NCBI GenBank assembly: GCA_964247055.1
Contig: OZ176051.1
Location: 6,324,001 to 6,388,000 of the forward strand
Length of the DNA: 64,000 bases
Source of the DNA: Paragordius varius
Taxonomy: Eukaryota; Animalia; Nematomorpha
Reading direction: 5' to 3'
The notes below the pieces were generated by a model. That model searched no databases and was not told where the DNA came from. It saw only the letters and a list, made by a program, of their open reading frames with translations. The translations under genes were made by a program, and so were the position numbers. This document shows positions 27,401 to 38,400 of this stretch, piece after piece; the stretch's first letter is position 1, and each line of letters begins with the position of its first letter.

Positions 27401-28661
27401 ACCTTAAAACAAAATAAATCATAAATTTAAACTATTTTAAAATAATTTAAATATAGTGATAATTTATCATCTCATGCTTCAATTTTTAAAATCCGATAAA
27501 AGGATTGAATGTTATAAGGGTATAATTGTCGGAAAATCTGGCGGTCATCCATAATAAAATAAATAGAAATCAAAACGTGCCAACAGCTGATTGTCTTTTG
27601 GGTATGAAGGTGCACAATAATGTTTGTGGTATCAATTTTTCTTATTTTCAGATAAAGCGTTTTTGGTAAATTTTTATATACCATTTACACTTCAAATTCA
27701 CCCTTTAAAAGTTCAAATTTATTCTAAAATAAATTATCGTTTTTTAAGATAAAAAATTGCCTATATTTTTTTATAATTTTTAAAAAAATAAATTTTTGTT
27801 TAAAATTAAATTATTACGAAAAAAATAAACTATGCCATTAAGATATATTGATTATTAATGATGAATATTAGCCCGAAAACACATATTTATTTTTTAGGGT
27901 GTTCGAATTGTTCAAGGGTAAATTCGAATTCTTCAAGCGTGAATATGAATTATAAATGGTATATTAAAATTATCACAAACAAGGGTCATAACTTTAATGC
28001 ATAATGATTAGTACATAATCGAATTTTTTAATGCAGGTAAAATTGATCTTGTCAAAGATTTTTTGTTCTACTCCCGTTCCATAGTAATGAAAAATATATT
28101 TCTTAGAATAAAAAGTTAATTTATGTTCATATGTCAAAGAAGCGTTAAACTAATGAAAAGACATGCTTTGTTTATTATTATAAATTTCATGCTTTTGATC
28201 TAAAAATTCGGTAATCAGTAATGCTCGTGTAAATGGAAACTGTATCTGGACTGTTAAAATATTCGATTCCATGCAAAAGTTTTAACATTATTTAAGTGAA
28301 ACTCATGCGACCGTGTTATTATGAATATTCAGAATATCAGCTGTGCGGCGCTTATTTTCTAATTTGCTTAATTTCTATTTTTTTGTTTTTTATCGTCCAT
28401 CCATCTACCTAAAAACTTGAGAAAAAATATAACAGATCCCGAAATTTGACAAGCTATATTACATATAAAGCTATGGCGTTTAAAAAATTTACCTAGATCA
28501 TACACTCCAGATGACCAACTGCGTTCCAATCGGTTATACCATTTCATGGCGGTATCAATCGCATTTTCAACATCATAATTTGTAATAAACTCGAATTGGC
28601 ACTTGTCTGATATAAGCGAAATGTATATAAGAATTTGTAAAATAAAATATCGTAAAGACAT
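22156..28661 (-). CDS. Secreted animal heme peroxidase (peroxidase-cyclooxygenase superfamily, peroxinectin/chorion-peroxidase-like), about 13 exons
   Basis: Hydrophobic leader at 28661 ([18 protein letters not shown]). Exons include 26944-26727 ([17 protein letters not shown]), 26645-26475 (FGQLIDHD, distal Gln/Asp/His), 26210-26043, about 25561-25461 ([18 protein letters not shown]), about 24949-24824 (RSNE..REHNR, distal Arg and ester Glu), about 24674-24461 ([18 protein letters not shown], proximal His), about 23573-23411 ([10 protein letters not shown]), about 23266-23085 ([15 protein letters not shown]), and a last exon ending DFEFWRE-stop at 22156. The junction from exon 1 to the 26944 exon is unresolved. 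Confidence 0.9.
24394..24448. repeat. (AT)n microsatellite, about 27 units
   Basis: Read directly; lies about 12 nt inside the intron after the proximal-His exon of the peroxidase. Shorter (AT)n runs occur near 5775, 55026, 60478 and 63117. Confidence 0.95.
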
Positions 28662-29739
28662 GGATATATGATCACTATGGATAATAATAAAATATAGATG
28701 AAAGTTGATAATACATTATATAAAAATTCTATCTACTTTATCCTATTAACTAAATCCAAAACAATTTTTTTCCAAAAATACAAAAATGTGTTATAACATT
28801 ATCAAAAAATTAACTGTTTTATTTGTGAAAAAAAATTCACATAACTTAAATGGTCACGGTCATACATTTTATCATTATTATTATTTATTATGTAGTAATG
28901 AATACTTGTCAACGTAGTTTAAAACCACCTTTATGCACCTTTTAAAAGTAGAGAAAAGTTTAGATGCAGACAAAATATGGTTTTTTTGTTGAACATATGA
29001 GGTTTACTAATTTGCTCATGATGATAAATTTAAGATTGGATTAATTTATTTTATAATTTTAGGGAATCTAATTGATTTTTTTCTGAATTCTGCAAATATA
29101 ACCAATAATATGGCTGTTTACTGAATTCTAATAATTCATTTTCATTATCACTAGTTAAGACGTGTCACGCGCTGGAACGAAATTCAAAACTAGGAACCGT
29201 TCATAGATTATTCTTTTAATTTTTATGAGATAATACAAAAAATAACGGGTTGTTTTATTTACAAATTTAAGAAATGAAATTATTATTTTGATAATCAAGC
29301 TTAGTGCGTCCTGAATTTGAAAATTTTGTCTTTATCTTGACTACCAAAATTAATATTTTACCCTATGCATTTAAAATTGAACAATTTGGAGCAATTAATG
29401 TTTCATAAAATAACAGATCGCTATCTCAATCAAATTTAGTTTACTCTTGATGCGCAATTATTTTCATTATCCAACCTCATTTTTAAGGGAGCTCATAAAA
29501 TTAAATATTATTATTATTATTAATACAAATGTTCAGCAATAAATTAAATTAATATTCAACATTGTAATGGTACCTAATTTTTTTCCCAGTTCCGTGGGGA
29601 AAGAAATTTTAAAAATAAAGCCGATGTTATAAAAAATTTAAAAATATAAATAAAGCATAAAAAAGGATTTGAAAATGAGGGTTAGCCATTTCCTAGTCAT
29701 CAATTGTTCCTGTTCACAATTTTATTATCACATTAACCA

Positions 29740-30480
29740 CTTCCTAACCATTCCATTTTCACCATTAACCAATTATTACCGTATCATCCATTCTTCCTCT
29801 TTATCCTTTCTTCTTTAAACTGCTCCCAACCGTCTCCTTTCTTCTTTGACCATTGCTAATCGTTTCCTTTAATCTTTAACCATTGATAGCCGTTATCTTT
29901 AATCTTTAACCAATGTTAATCGTTTTCTCTCTTCTTATACCAGATCCCAACTGTTTCCACTTTTCTCAAACCAGCTTTTAACCGTTTTCTTTCTTCCTTA
30001 ACCATTGCTAACCGTTTTTTAATCTTTGTATTTTAATAATAGTTTCCTTTAATCTTTAACCCTTGGTAACCGTTTCCTTTAATTAACCCATCCTAACCAT
30101 TTCCTTTAATCTTTGACCTTTGGTAACCGTTTCATTAAATTTTTAACCTTTGGCAACCATTTCCTTTAATATTTAACCATTAATCATTAGCCATTGCTAA
30201 CTGTTTCTTTTAATCTATTACCAACGCTAATTGTTTTCTCTCTTCTTTTACCAGAAACCAACCGTTTCCACTCTTCTCAAACCAGCCTACAGACATTTTC
30301 TTTCTTCCTTAACCAGTGCTAACCGTTTCCTTAAATCTTTAACCGTTACTAACCATTTCCTTTCTTTTTTAACCATCTCCTAACCGTGTCTTTTCTTTTA
30401 TAAACAGTTCCTAACCGTTTTCATTATTTTTAATCGATTCCCCACCGTGTGCCTTCTTCTTCACCATCTTTAACTGTCTC
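29740..30480. repeat. Degenerate pyrimidine-rich minisatellite (about 30-bp unit) with a higher-order duplication of about 310 bp
   Basis: Recurrent unit close to ACCATTGCTAACCGTTTCCTTTAATCTTTA. The block TTTTCTCTCTTCTT.TACCAGA..CAAC.GTTTCCAC..TTCTCAAACCAGC occurs near 29920 and 30230. Boundaries are fuzzy. Confidence 0.8.
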
Positions 30481-31670
30481 CTTTCTTCTTTAACCACTAT
30501 TTCATTTTTCTGGAAGCGCTAAGAAAAGGATAACAACGGGAATAAAAAAGTGAACGAAAAATATATGCATTTATGGGGTTTTATTAAAAAATGTTGTTTG
30601 AATATCTGATTATAGTTTGTGTGTCACCTTTTATTTCCTAACTGTTCAATATAAATGGTGTTTTTTGACAAAAATGCAAAACTTAAATGAACCATTCTTT
30701 AAATCAAAACTCCGAAGTAATAGGTTTCGTATCATAGTATTATATAGAATTTTTTATTAAATCTTAAAGCGTTTTAAACTGTTTTCATGCGCCTTATAGT
30801 AGTATAAAATACGCTTTACAAAATTTTCAATCCTCTTTAATCATTTCTAACCGTTTCTTTTTTTCCTAACTTTAACTATTTCTAAATGTTCTGTTCCTTA
30901 TTCCCGTTTACCATTTTGTAAATACCGTCTATTTCTTATGTCGCCTACCACCATTCTCTTCCATTTTAACCGCAATTTATTACCAATCCATTTCTTCCAG
31001 TTCAAATATAACGTAATAATGAATCAATAATGATTGATAACGCATAATGAACTTTTTTAAATGATTCTTTATAATTAAATATAGAAAATATCGAAATAGA
31101 ATGCGTTTATATTTTAGGACTTTGCCAAATAGGTTATAAATTTAGTTTGCAGTTAGCTTAAAAAATATGGGCAATGCCTGCATCAGTGTCCAAACTACGG
31201 GCCTTCGCGGGAAAGTTTGGCGAATTCCACCGTAGACTAACACTTCCTTTTTTAAGAAGGAGCCATTCATGTTTAGTTTCGTCAATTTTGTACAGGTGGT
31301 AATTTAATTTTAAAAGTTAAATGTGATATTTTCTAACTACTCATAAAGGACACCGGAACTAATATCAATTGTATCTTTATTTGACATTTTTTTGTGACTC
31401 CGAGGTGAATACTTTAGTATTTTAAAAGTAGCAAATAATTTATCAATTTTTTCCATTTTTTTATAATTGTTAACTAAAATTACAATATAGATTTGATAAT
31501 AAAAAATATGGTTATAATATGAACTTTATCATTAAAACGTTTAAATTTTATACAACATAACAGCTCAAAATCAATTGTTGTAAAAATTATGATTTAATTA
31601 AAAATAAATATCAATATAGATAAGTTTTTATTATCACTATAAGCTGAATGAATTTTTATATTCATAGTCT

Positions 31671-32586
31671 ATGACAATATACTTTATGATTATCCTTTAT
31701 TTCATTATCATTGATTCTATCCCGAGTATACCCAGAATCAAAAAGAGACAGGCTACAGGTAATCTTCTAAATTTATTCCATTATACGCTTTATGTTTACA
31801 GGGTTCATATTCTTATTATAAACTTTGCCTAAATATTTAAGTTAACTTATAATTTATTCAAACAAAACCGCCAATCAAATAAGGCCCTAGTTTGATAAAT
31901 GCTTAACTGAGGTTCTTTTATTTTAAGCGATTTATAAATTACAAGTAAAATTGTTAAATATTATAATCTATATAACTTTTAATATAGATAGCACAGTGAC
32001 CATCGAGGTTACGATGGTAAAAAGAAAAACGACAAAATTTCAATACTTACATCCAAATACCACAACCACTATATATGACAAAACAAATTATGGAACATCT
32101 CCTTATGCTACAACTCCTGTAAATAAGGATACCCCAGATTCTAAAACAACTTCCACGAGTCCAACAAAATCAAACCATTTTACAACATTATTATCAACAG
32201 CAACTATTTCAACTCATAATGTAACAACTTTCGCCACAAAGCTTAAAACACAATCAAGTACAACTTTTGAAGTAACTTTAAGTCCTTCCCAAAATAAAAA
32301 TAATAATAATGTACCAACAATACCTGACTCCAATAATGAATCGACGTTACTAACAAGTACTTCGGCCGATCTGAAACCCAAATCTGGTAAAACTTTACCT
32401 GGAAACAAGACTCGTACAAGACCTACCGTGACAAAATCGTCAGACACAAAAACTACAAACATTACAATCAAAAAATCTAAAAGCCAATCAGTTTTAGCTA
32501 TAGTTATAATTATTGTGATTGCAATTATTATTACTTTGGTATGTTTGTTGGTATACATTAGGAGGCCAAAAGAAGGTAGAATATAA
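31671..32586 (+). CDS. Small type I membrane protein: signal peptide, Ser/Thr-rich mucin-like ectodomain, one TM helix; cytoplasmic tail unresolved
   Basis: Exon 1, 31671-31758 (MTIYFMIILYFIIIDSIPSIPRIKKRQAT, donor G|GTAATC), splices in phase 1 to exon 2 at 31988 (TTTTAATATAG|ATAGC). Exon 2 encodes a Thr/Ser/Lys-rich stretch, then VLAIVIIIVIAIIITLVCLLVYI and RRPKE. There is a possible donor at 32576; read-through stops at 32586. Confidence 0.7.
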
Positions 32587-35453
32587 TTATATATGCTTGA
32601 TTTTTAGGCTAATTTTATAAAATATTATCTTTTGATGCCACCCATTAACGATTTCTTGAAATTTTATTTAGGAATTTAATCGTGTTATTTATTCGATTTT
32701 AATATTTTAAACAATAATTATAGTACTTAATTTACAAATAATGAACTTTTGAAAAATGTGCTGAATATAAAATTATTTAAAAAAAATATAATTGCCCCTT
32801 GATATATAATGTCAGCATAATGAGTCTATCCAAACACCACTACTAGGATTTGTTTCGTTCCGATAAATAAGCCGGCTCATACCTTAAGCAAATCCATGTT
32901 TTCCTCTTTCTTGTTTAGTTTAAAGTTATGAAATTTTCCTTAGCCACAAAAATGGTGCCCAAATATTTTTAATCTAGCAATTATATTTAGGATAATTTTG
33001 GGCCGGCTCATTCATCAAAAGGCTGGGATCAAGACTTAATTAAATGGCCCTAGAGTTAGGTTAGCGTAAACGTAGTGAGTGGAACAATTACGAATTAGAA
33101 CCAGAACAATCTCTAATATCTACCGATTCATGAATTTATCATAAAGCCATTTGAAAAAAAATAAATTTTAGCAGTATAACACTCAAATTCTATTTATGCG
33201 ACCTTTGATAAAACAAAATTGCAGAATCAAAATTATCCAATTGGTATAAAAATATATCGACGACTTGATTTAAGGTCAGACAATAAATAGATTATACTTT
33301 GAATTTTAGTAGTTTGTTTTTGATTATCCCATATTGGTCTGTTGTATTATTTAATTTATAGAACAATATAAATAATTTAAGTCATTTACGAAAGGCTTAT
33401 AAGATTTTAAATTGATTTGTATATGAAGAAGAGTATAAATTAATATTATTGGTTTCAATTTATTAGGTAAGTATTTTCTTCAATATCAAATTTAAACAGT
33501 TTTTGTTAATTGGCAAAATTATTAAATTGAAGACCGTTATATTTTGGTACTTAACACTTCATTACCTTTTCGCTTTTTTGTCCTATTACGTTTTGGAGTA
33601 GTTTTATCCCAGAGCTCTGTAAATAAATTACGAGTTCGAAAGTTTTTTTAGTTATTATTATCAAACATTTTAATCATGTTTAGATAAAAAAACTTATATT
33701 TTTTAGTCTTGAAAGTTTTTTCTGGTAAAATGTGGCCTAGAACCTTTTTAATAATTATTTACGTTTTCTAACCATTATGCACATTTATTTGTCTGTTGCA
33801 TTAGCGTATTAAAAACTTTTTAAAAAATGGCGGCAAAAAAGTTTGAGATGAGGATTTTTTACAATTTAACATTTTTGAAAAAAAAATTGTATAATGCATC
33901 TCAAAGGCTAAAGAAAGCATATTTTAAAATTCGGCTTAATACCTGCAAAACTGTAAGATATTCAAATTTTAAATCACTCTGGGCTATATATTACCCCATA
34001 AGGTAATGGAATCTTAATATATACATATAAATAATATATTTTGGCATTTTAGGGTTCGAGTGTTGATAAGTCAAAACTAAATAGCTGAACGGACATTTAT
34101 AAACTCAGTGCTTTATTGTTGTAACCAATCACTGGATATATATCACAAAAAAATATAAATATATATTTTACGGAATAATAAAAAAATTAATCGATTAAAT
34201 TGATATTTAAAATGCAGTAATATATTCTTAAATTTTATATATCACATAATAAACATATGTTTTAAATTTTTACTGGTTATTTCTAAAATGTACAACGGTC
34301 ATCGATATACTACTGAAGGGGCATTCAAAACCGCCAGACCTAATCATATCTATCAGATTTATTAAGTTTAACACGTCATTATTAAAAACATTAATTGAAT
34401 TTTTATCATTTATTAAAATATCATTTTATCAAATATATATGATGCCTTTAGTAAATGAAGGTAAGGGGAAAATGTATGTGCTAGTCAACCCAACATTTAA
34501 CATCGATGACGTTTTTCAAGGAAGAGCTAGTGGAAAATCAAATATGTAAATTTATGAATAAAAAATACTTTTTAAATAAATTTCTATTATATTGTGGACT
34601 GTTATTTTAAAAAGTATGTTTCGTTGTAAGAAATTTAATTGTAATTTCTAGCGGTAATCTAGTTTTTATTTTATCTAATTGAACGTCTTGAATAAAAGCA
34701 TGAGCATATAGTTTATATTAATAGTTTCCTTCTTTAGAAATTAGGCCAAATTTAAGTATTCGCTTAATATTGCTAATTTTTTATAAACTGTAAAAACACA
34801 CACGCTAAGACTACTAAAAAACAGAGATTTTGAAAACCGTTTACTATTGTTTAGCTGGCCCTATTTAAGGGGTAAATGGCTAATATAATAATTTAATCAA
34901 CAATATATTACAATTAATTGAGTTTACCGATTGTTTTAATATGATCCACATCAAATTGGATATCATGTAATACATATATAATTTAAATATTATGTCAATA
35001 AAAAGATTCTTTAAAAATAAAAAACTATGCATGAAATGGCTGAGTAATGCTAAATCTATATAAGAAATACATTTATTTTGTAGACAAAGAGACATTTAAT
35101 AATAATATATAAATATATAGCAAAAGTGTAATGAATAACAAAGCGGACTGTATATAAATGGAAAAAATTATAAATAGTGGCACAATGATGTCTATATATT
35201 AAACTTATAGCAATAAGAAGGGTTTTTCCATTAAAAATATATTATTATATAAATTTATAAGTATAAAATTGCATTAGGTGGTGTTGGGTCATATATTATA
35301 TTGAATATATTCATAAGAAGAGATATGATTCTCATTTAAGTCATTATACATAACAATCATAATCAATTCCAAACTTATAATTGTAAAATTAACTTTTTGG
35401 TTATTTTGATGGTCATAATTGCAGGTGTTTTTAGCACTCTTGTTGTTTATGTG

Positions 35454-38400
35454 TCATTTGCCAACATCATCATAATATTTTATGGTGTATTGGGGAAAGT
35501 TTTGATTATATGCTTTAATTGGTAGCTTTATTTGTGCAGTCGATTTTGAATCGAGAGAATTTTGTGTAGAATTCAATGTTAGAGATTTTCTATATGGTAT
35601 AGTTGGACTTATGTATGCTATTTTAGGGGTTGGGGTTACATTATCCGTACTGCGTACACTTTCAGACATACGCGTCGGGGAAAGGGAATTGTTGTTCTCA
35701 GTTTGTGTTAACATACTACCCTTATTCAAAGTGCCATCATCTAAAAAATAGCAAAAGTTTAATTTTAACATAGAGTAGCGTATGGTGCATAATTTAGTTT
35801 GTTCAAGATTAAAATTTTAAGGTTGTTTAATTGCAATTATTTCTAATCTTTATGTCAAACGCTACTGTAAATTAAATGTTAATTAATATAAATTATTACA
35901 CAATATATTGTTTAAATTTTTTGGGCAACAAAACATAACGTATTAATTGAGTAAATGTTCCTTATAAAAATTAGACTATTTTTTTAAAAAATGTTAACTA
36001 CATTTTTTCGTACAATATCATATTAATTTAATGTCGCTTTTTTTCCAGACATAAAAAAATATATGTAAAATATGATTGAACTATACATTGTTGTTTTACA
36101 ACAATATCAAACTAAGTAAAACCATATCGTTTTTTATGCATATACCCAAAGAGTATTGAGATGAAGACAAATCCTCTGCAGCCGTGTTATAATCTGATGC
36201 ATGAGTAGCAAACGACGTGGCATGAGATTCATTTGATTGGATTGAGAAATTACTTAAGCTAGGTTTAACGAGCGTTTCACGCCCTCCCCCATTTTTGCCT
36301 TCGTAATGGTTTTTTGTGATTTGTAATGTAGAACTCGGGCTGGTTTTAGCGTAAGAATTTGAAATTGGTGAAATGGGATCTATTGCCTTATAATTTTGAG
36401 TATTGGATCGTTGATTCATTAGAGAATGCTGTTGATGTGCTTGATATACTTGATCTGCTATCTTCTGCTGCTGAGCTTAGAAAATATAAAATTTTAGGCA
36501 TTGGGTAAAATTATTTATTGTTGAAACCTTTACCTGTAACGTAGGATAAAATAAAACTAATTGTTACCATAACATAATATTTTTCTTATTTTTATTAAAT
36601 GATAATTATTTAGTTAACAATATATTAATTTTTTGAATTGATTTAAATAATAATAAAACTGCAACGCATTTTAAAAATTGAGAGCAAATATAGTTTTTAT
36701 AAAAATAGGTAAAATATGATTTTGACGCTTATAATGAAAAAGTCAAGGCATACTTTCCCAGTTTTGTTGAGAGATAGGCGGTATAACATTCAAAGAATTT
36801 TTCTGTGCGTTGGGTGTTGAACCAATTGGAGAAGATTTTTCGCTCGGAATATGTGGCAGCTTTCTAAAAAATTTAGAAAAAATATAAAAACTATATAAAT
36901 TATTATTTACAAAAGCGCAAATTAATACAAAAAAAGGCTCAAATACTACCTTAGAGTTCGTGGATCGGTAGATTTTGGAATGTTGTTAGTGTTTTTAATT
37001 GGTAGAGGAGCAATATTTTTACCACCTTTCTGGGTTTCTTTGTTTGATGTTGTGGACGAAGATGACTTTGAATCATAATCAGGGGGTGGAGTTCGAGGTG
37101 GCGAATCATTACTAATTAGGATAAAAACAATCGAATTTCGTCAAATAAATCAGGTTAAACACAGTAAAAATATAATTTTATGTCACTATTGCAAAATTTA
37201 TCGTTTCAAAAATGACTATATCTAAAAATTTATATATATAGGTAAATTTCTTTATTATTAAGTAAAATGATCATTTCAAATCAAAGTACCTACCGATTTA
37301 TCGTATCGGTTGAATTATGTGTTTGGAAAAAGGATTCTCGCTTCTTACGAATCTGTTCTTGAAGCACTGTAGCATAATTTTCTGGTGTTAAAACACGACG
37401 GTTATTAAGAGTGGTGGAATCATTTAGTATCATTTCGTTTGACACGTTTGTAGAGGTGGGACTATTATTAATTTTTTTGAGTGAATCTCGTGATATTGAA
37501 GTAGGTAATTTGCTCAAACTTATGTCATCCATATATGCTTTGTGCTCTAATTCGGGTCCAATATCTGCTTGTATATCAGTCCCATATGGTATTCCATATT
37601 GATCAACCATTTTAACATCGGATTGGGGTGGTGTTTGCCAAGTAACATCAGGAAATCTAAAATGTAAAATATATACATAATGAAAGTTTTTAAATTATGT
37701 TTCAATGCTAAATATTTTATAATACAAAAGCCAAACATTTTTTATTAACAAAACTAGTATTCATAATGGTTAGAAAGTCAAAAATGACAAATTGAAATAT
37801 ATCTCAAGCAAAATAAACTTCATAGGTTTGTCCGTGATAGGAGAAGTGTTCAAATATTGATTTCCAATCGTATTTTCATTATCATTCTCATGACTTTGTT
37901 GCGAATTTTGTGACGTTGGTGTATTAGAAGCAATTTGAAAATGCCTTTTTAAAGTGGACTCAGTAGAGTTATTTAGAGGGGTATTAGAGATATCATGGGT
38001 GTTTGGTAAGGCATTTGTAGCGGAAAAACCGGGAGAATATACACCAGATTTGTTTATGGCAGAAGATTGTGGGTTTTCATTTGGATATTGATTATCATTT
38101 TGGTTATTGTAATAATTTTCATTGTGATCATCGTAAATAATTTTTTTGTACAGAGCGCCTGTGTGAAACGATGCCGAATCTCTGGCTAACGAAGAAGTTT
38201 TATTGCGATATCGAAGTGATGTAGATTTATTATTACTGATAGTGGTGGTCCCTTCGATTGGCATAGAGTGACCACGATTAACATTGTTAGTGTTATCCAA
38301 GGTTGTTGAATATTTTATTCTAAGAAGCAAAAAGAAATTGATATTTAAATGCTTTAATCCACAAAAAATCGGTTCAAAAAACACTTGTCATATAAAATTA

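Noticed and set aside
29740-30480. CRISPR-like or telomeric array
   Set aside because: There is no constant repeat with unique spacers, the units are degenerate tandem copies, and the context is eukaryotic. TAACC occurs only within a longer unit, not as a pure telomeric tract.
31170-31245. GC-rich hairpin as an ncRNA or a myristoylated micro-ORF (MGNACIS..)
   Set aside because: It is too short, and CAGTGTCCAAACTACGG resembles an eroded hAT/Charlie-type terminus. No supporting structure or splice context.
32214-32558. Hydrophobic minus-strand ORF
   Set aside because: Antisense to the Thr-rich and TM exon; the hydrophobicity follows from the complementary codon bias.
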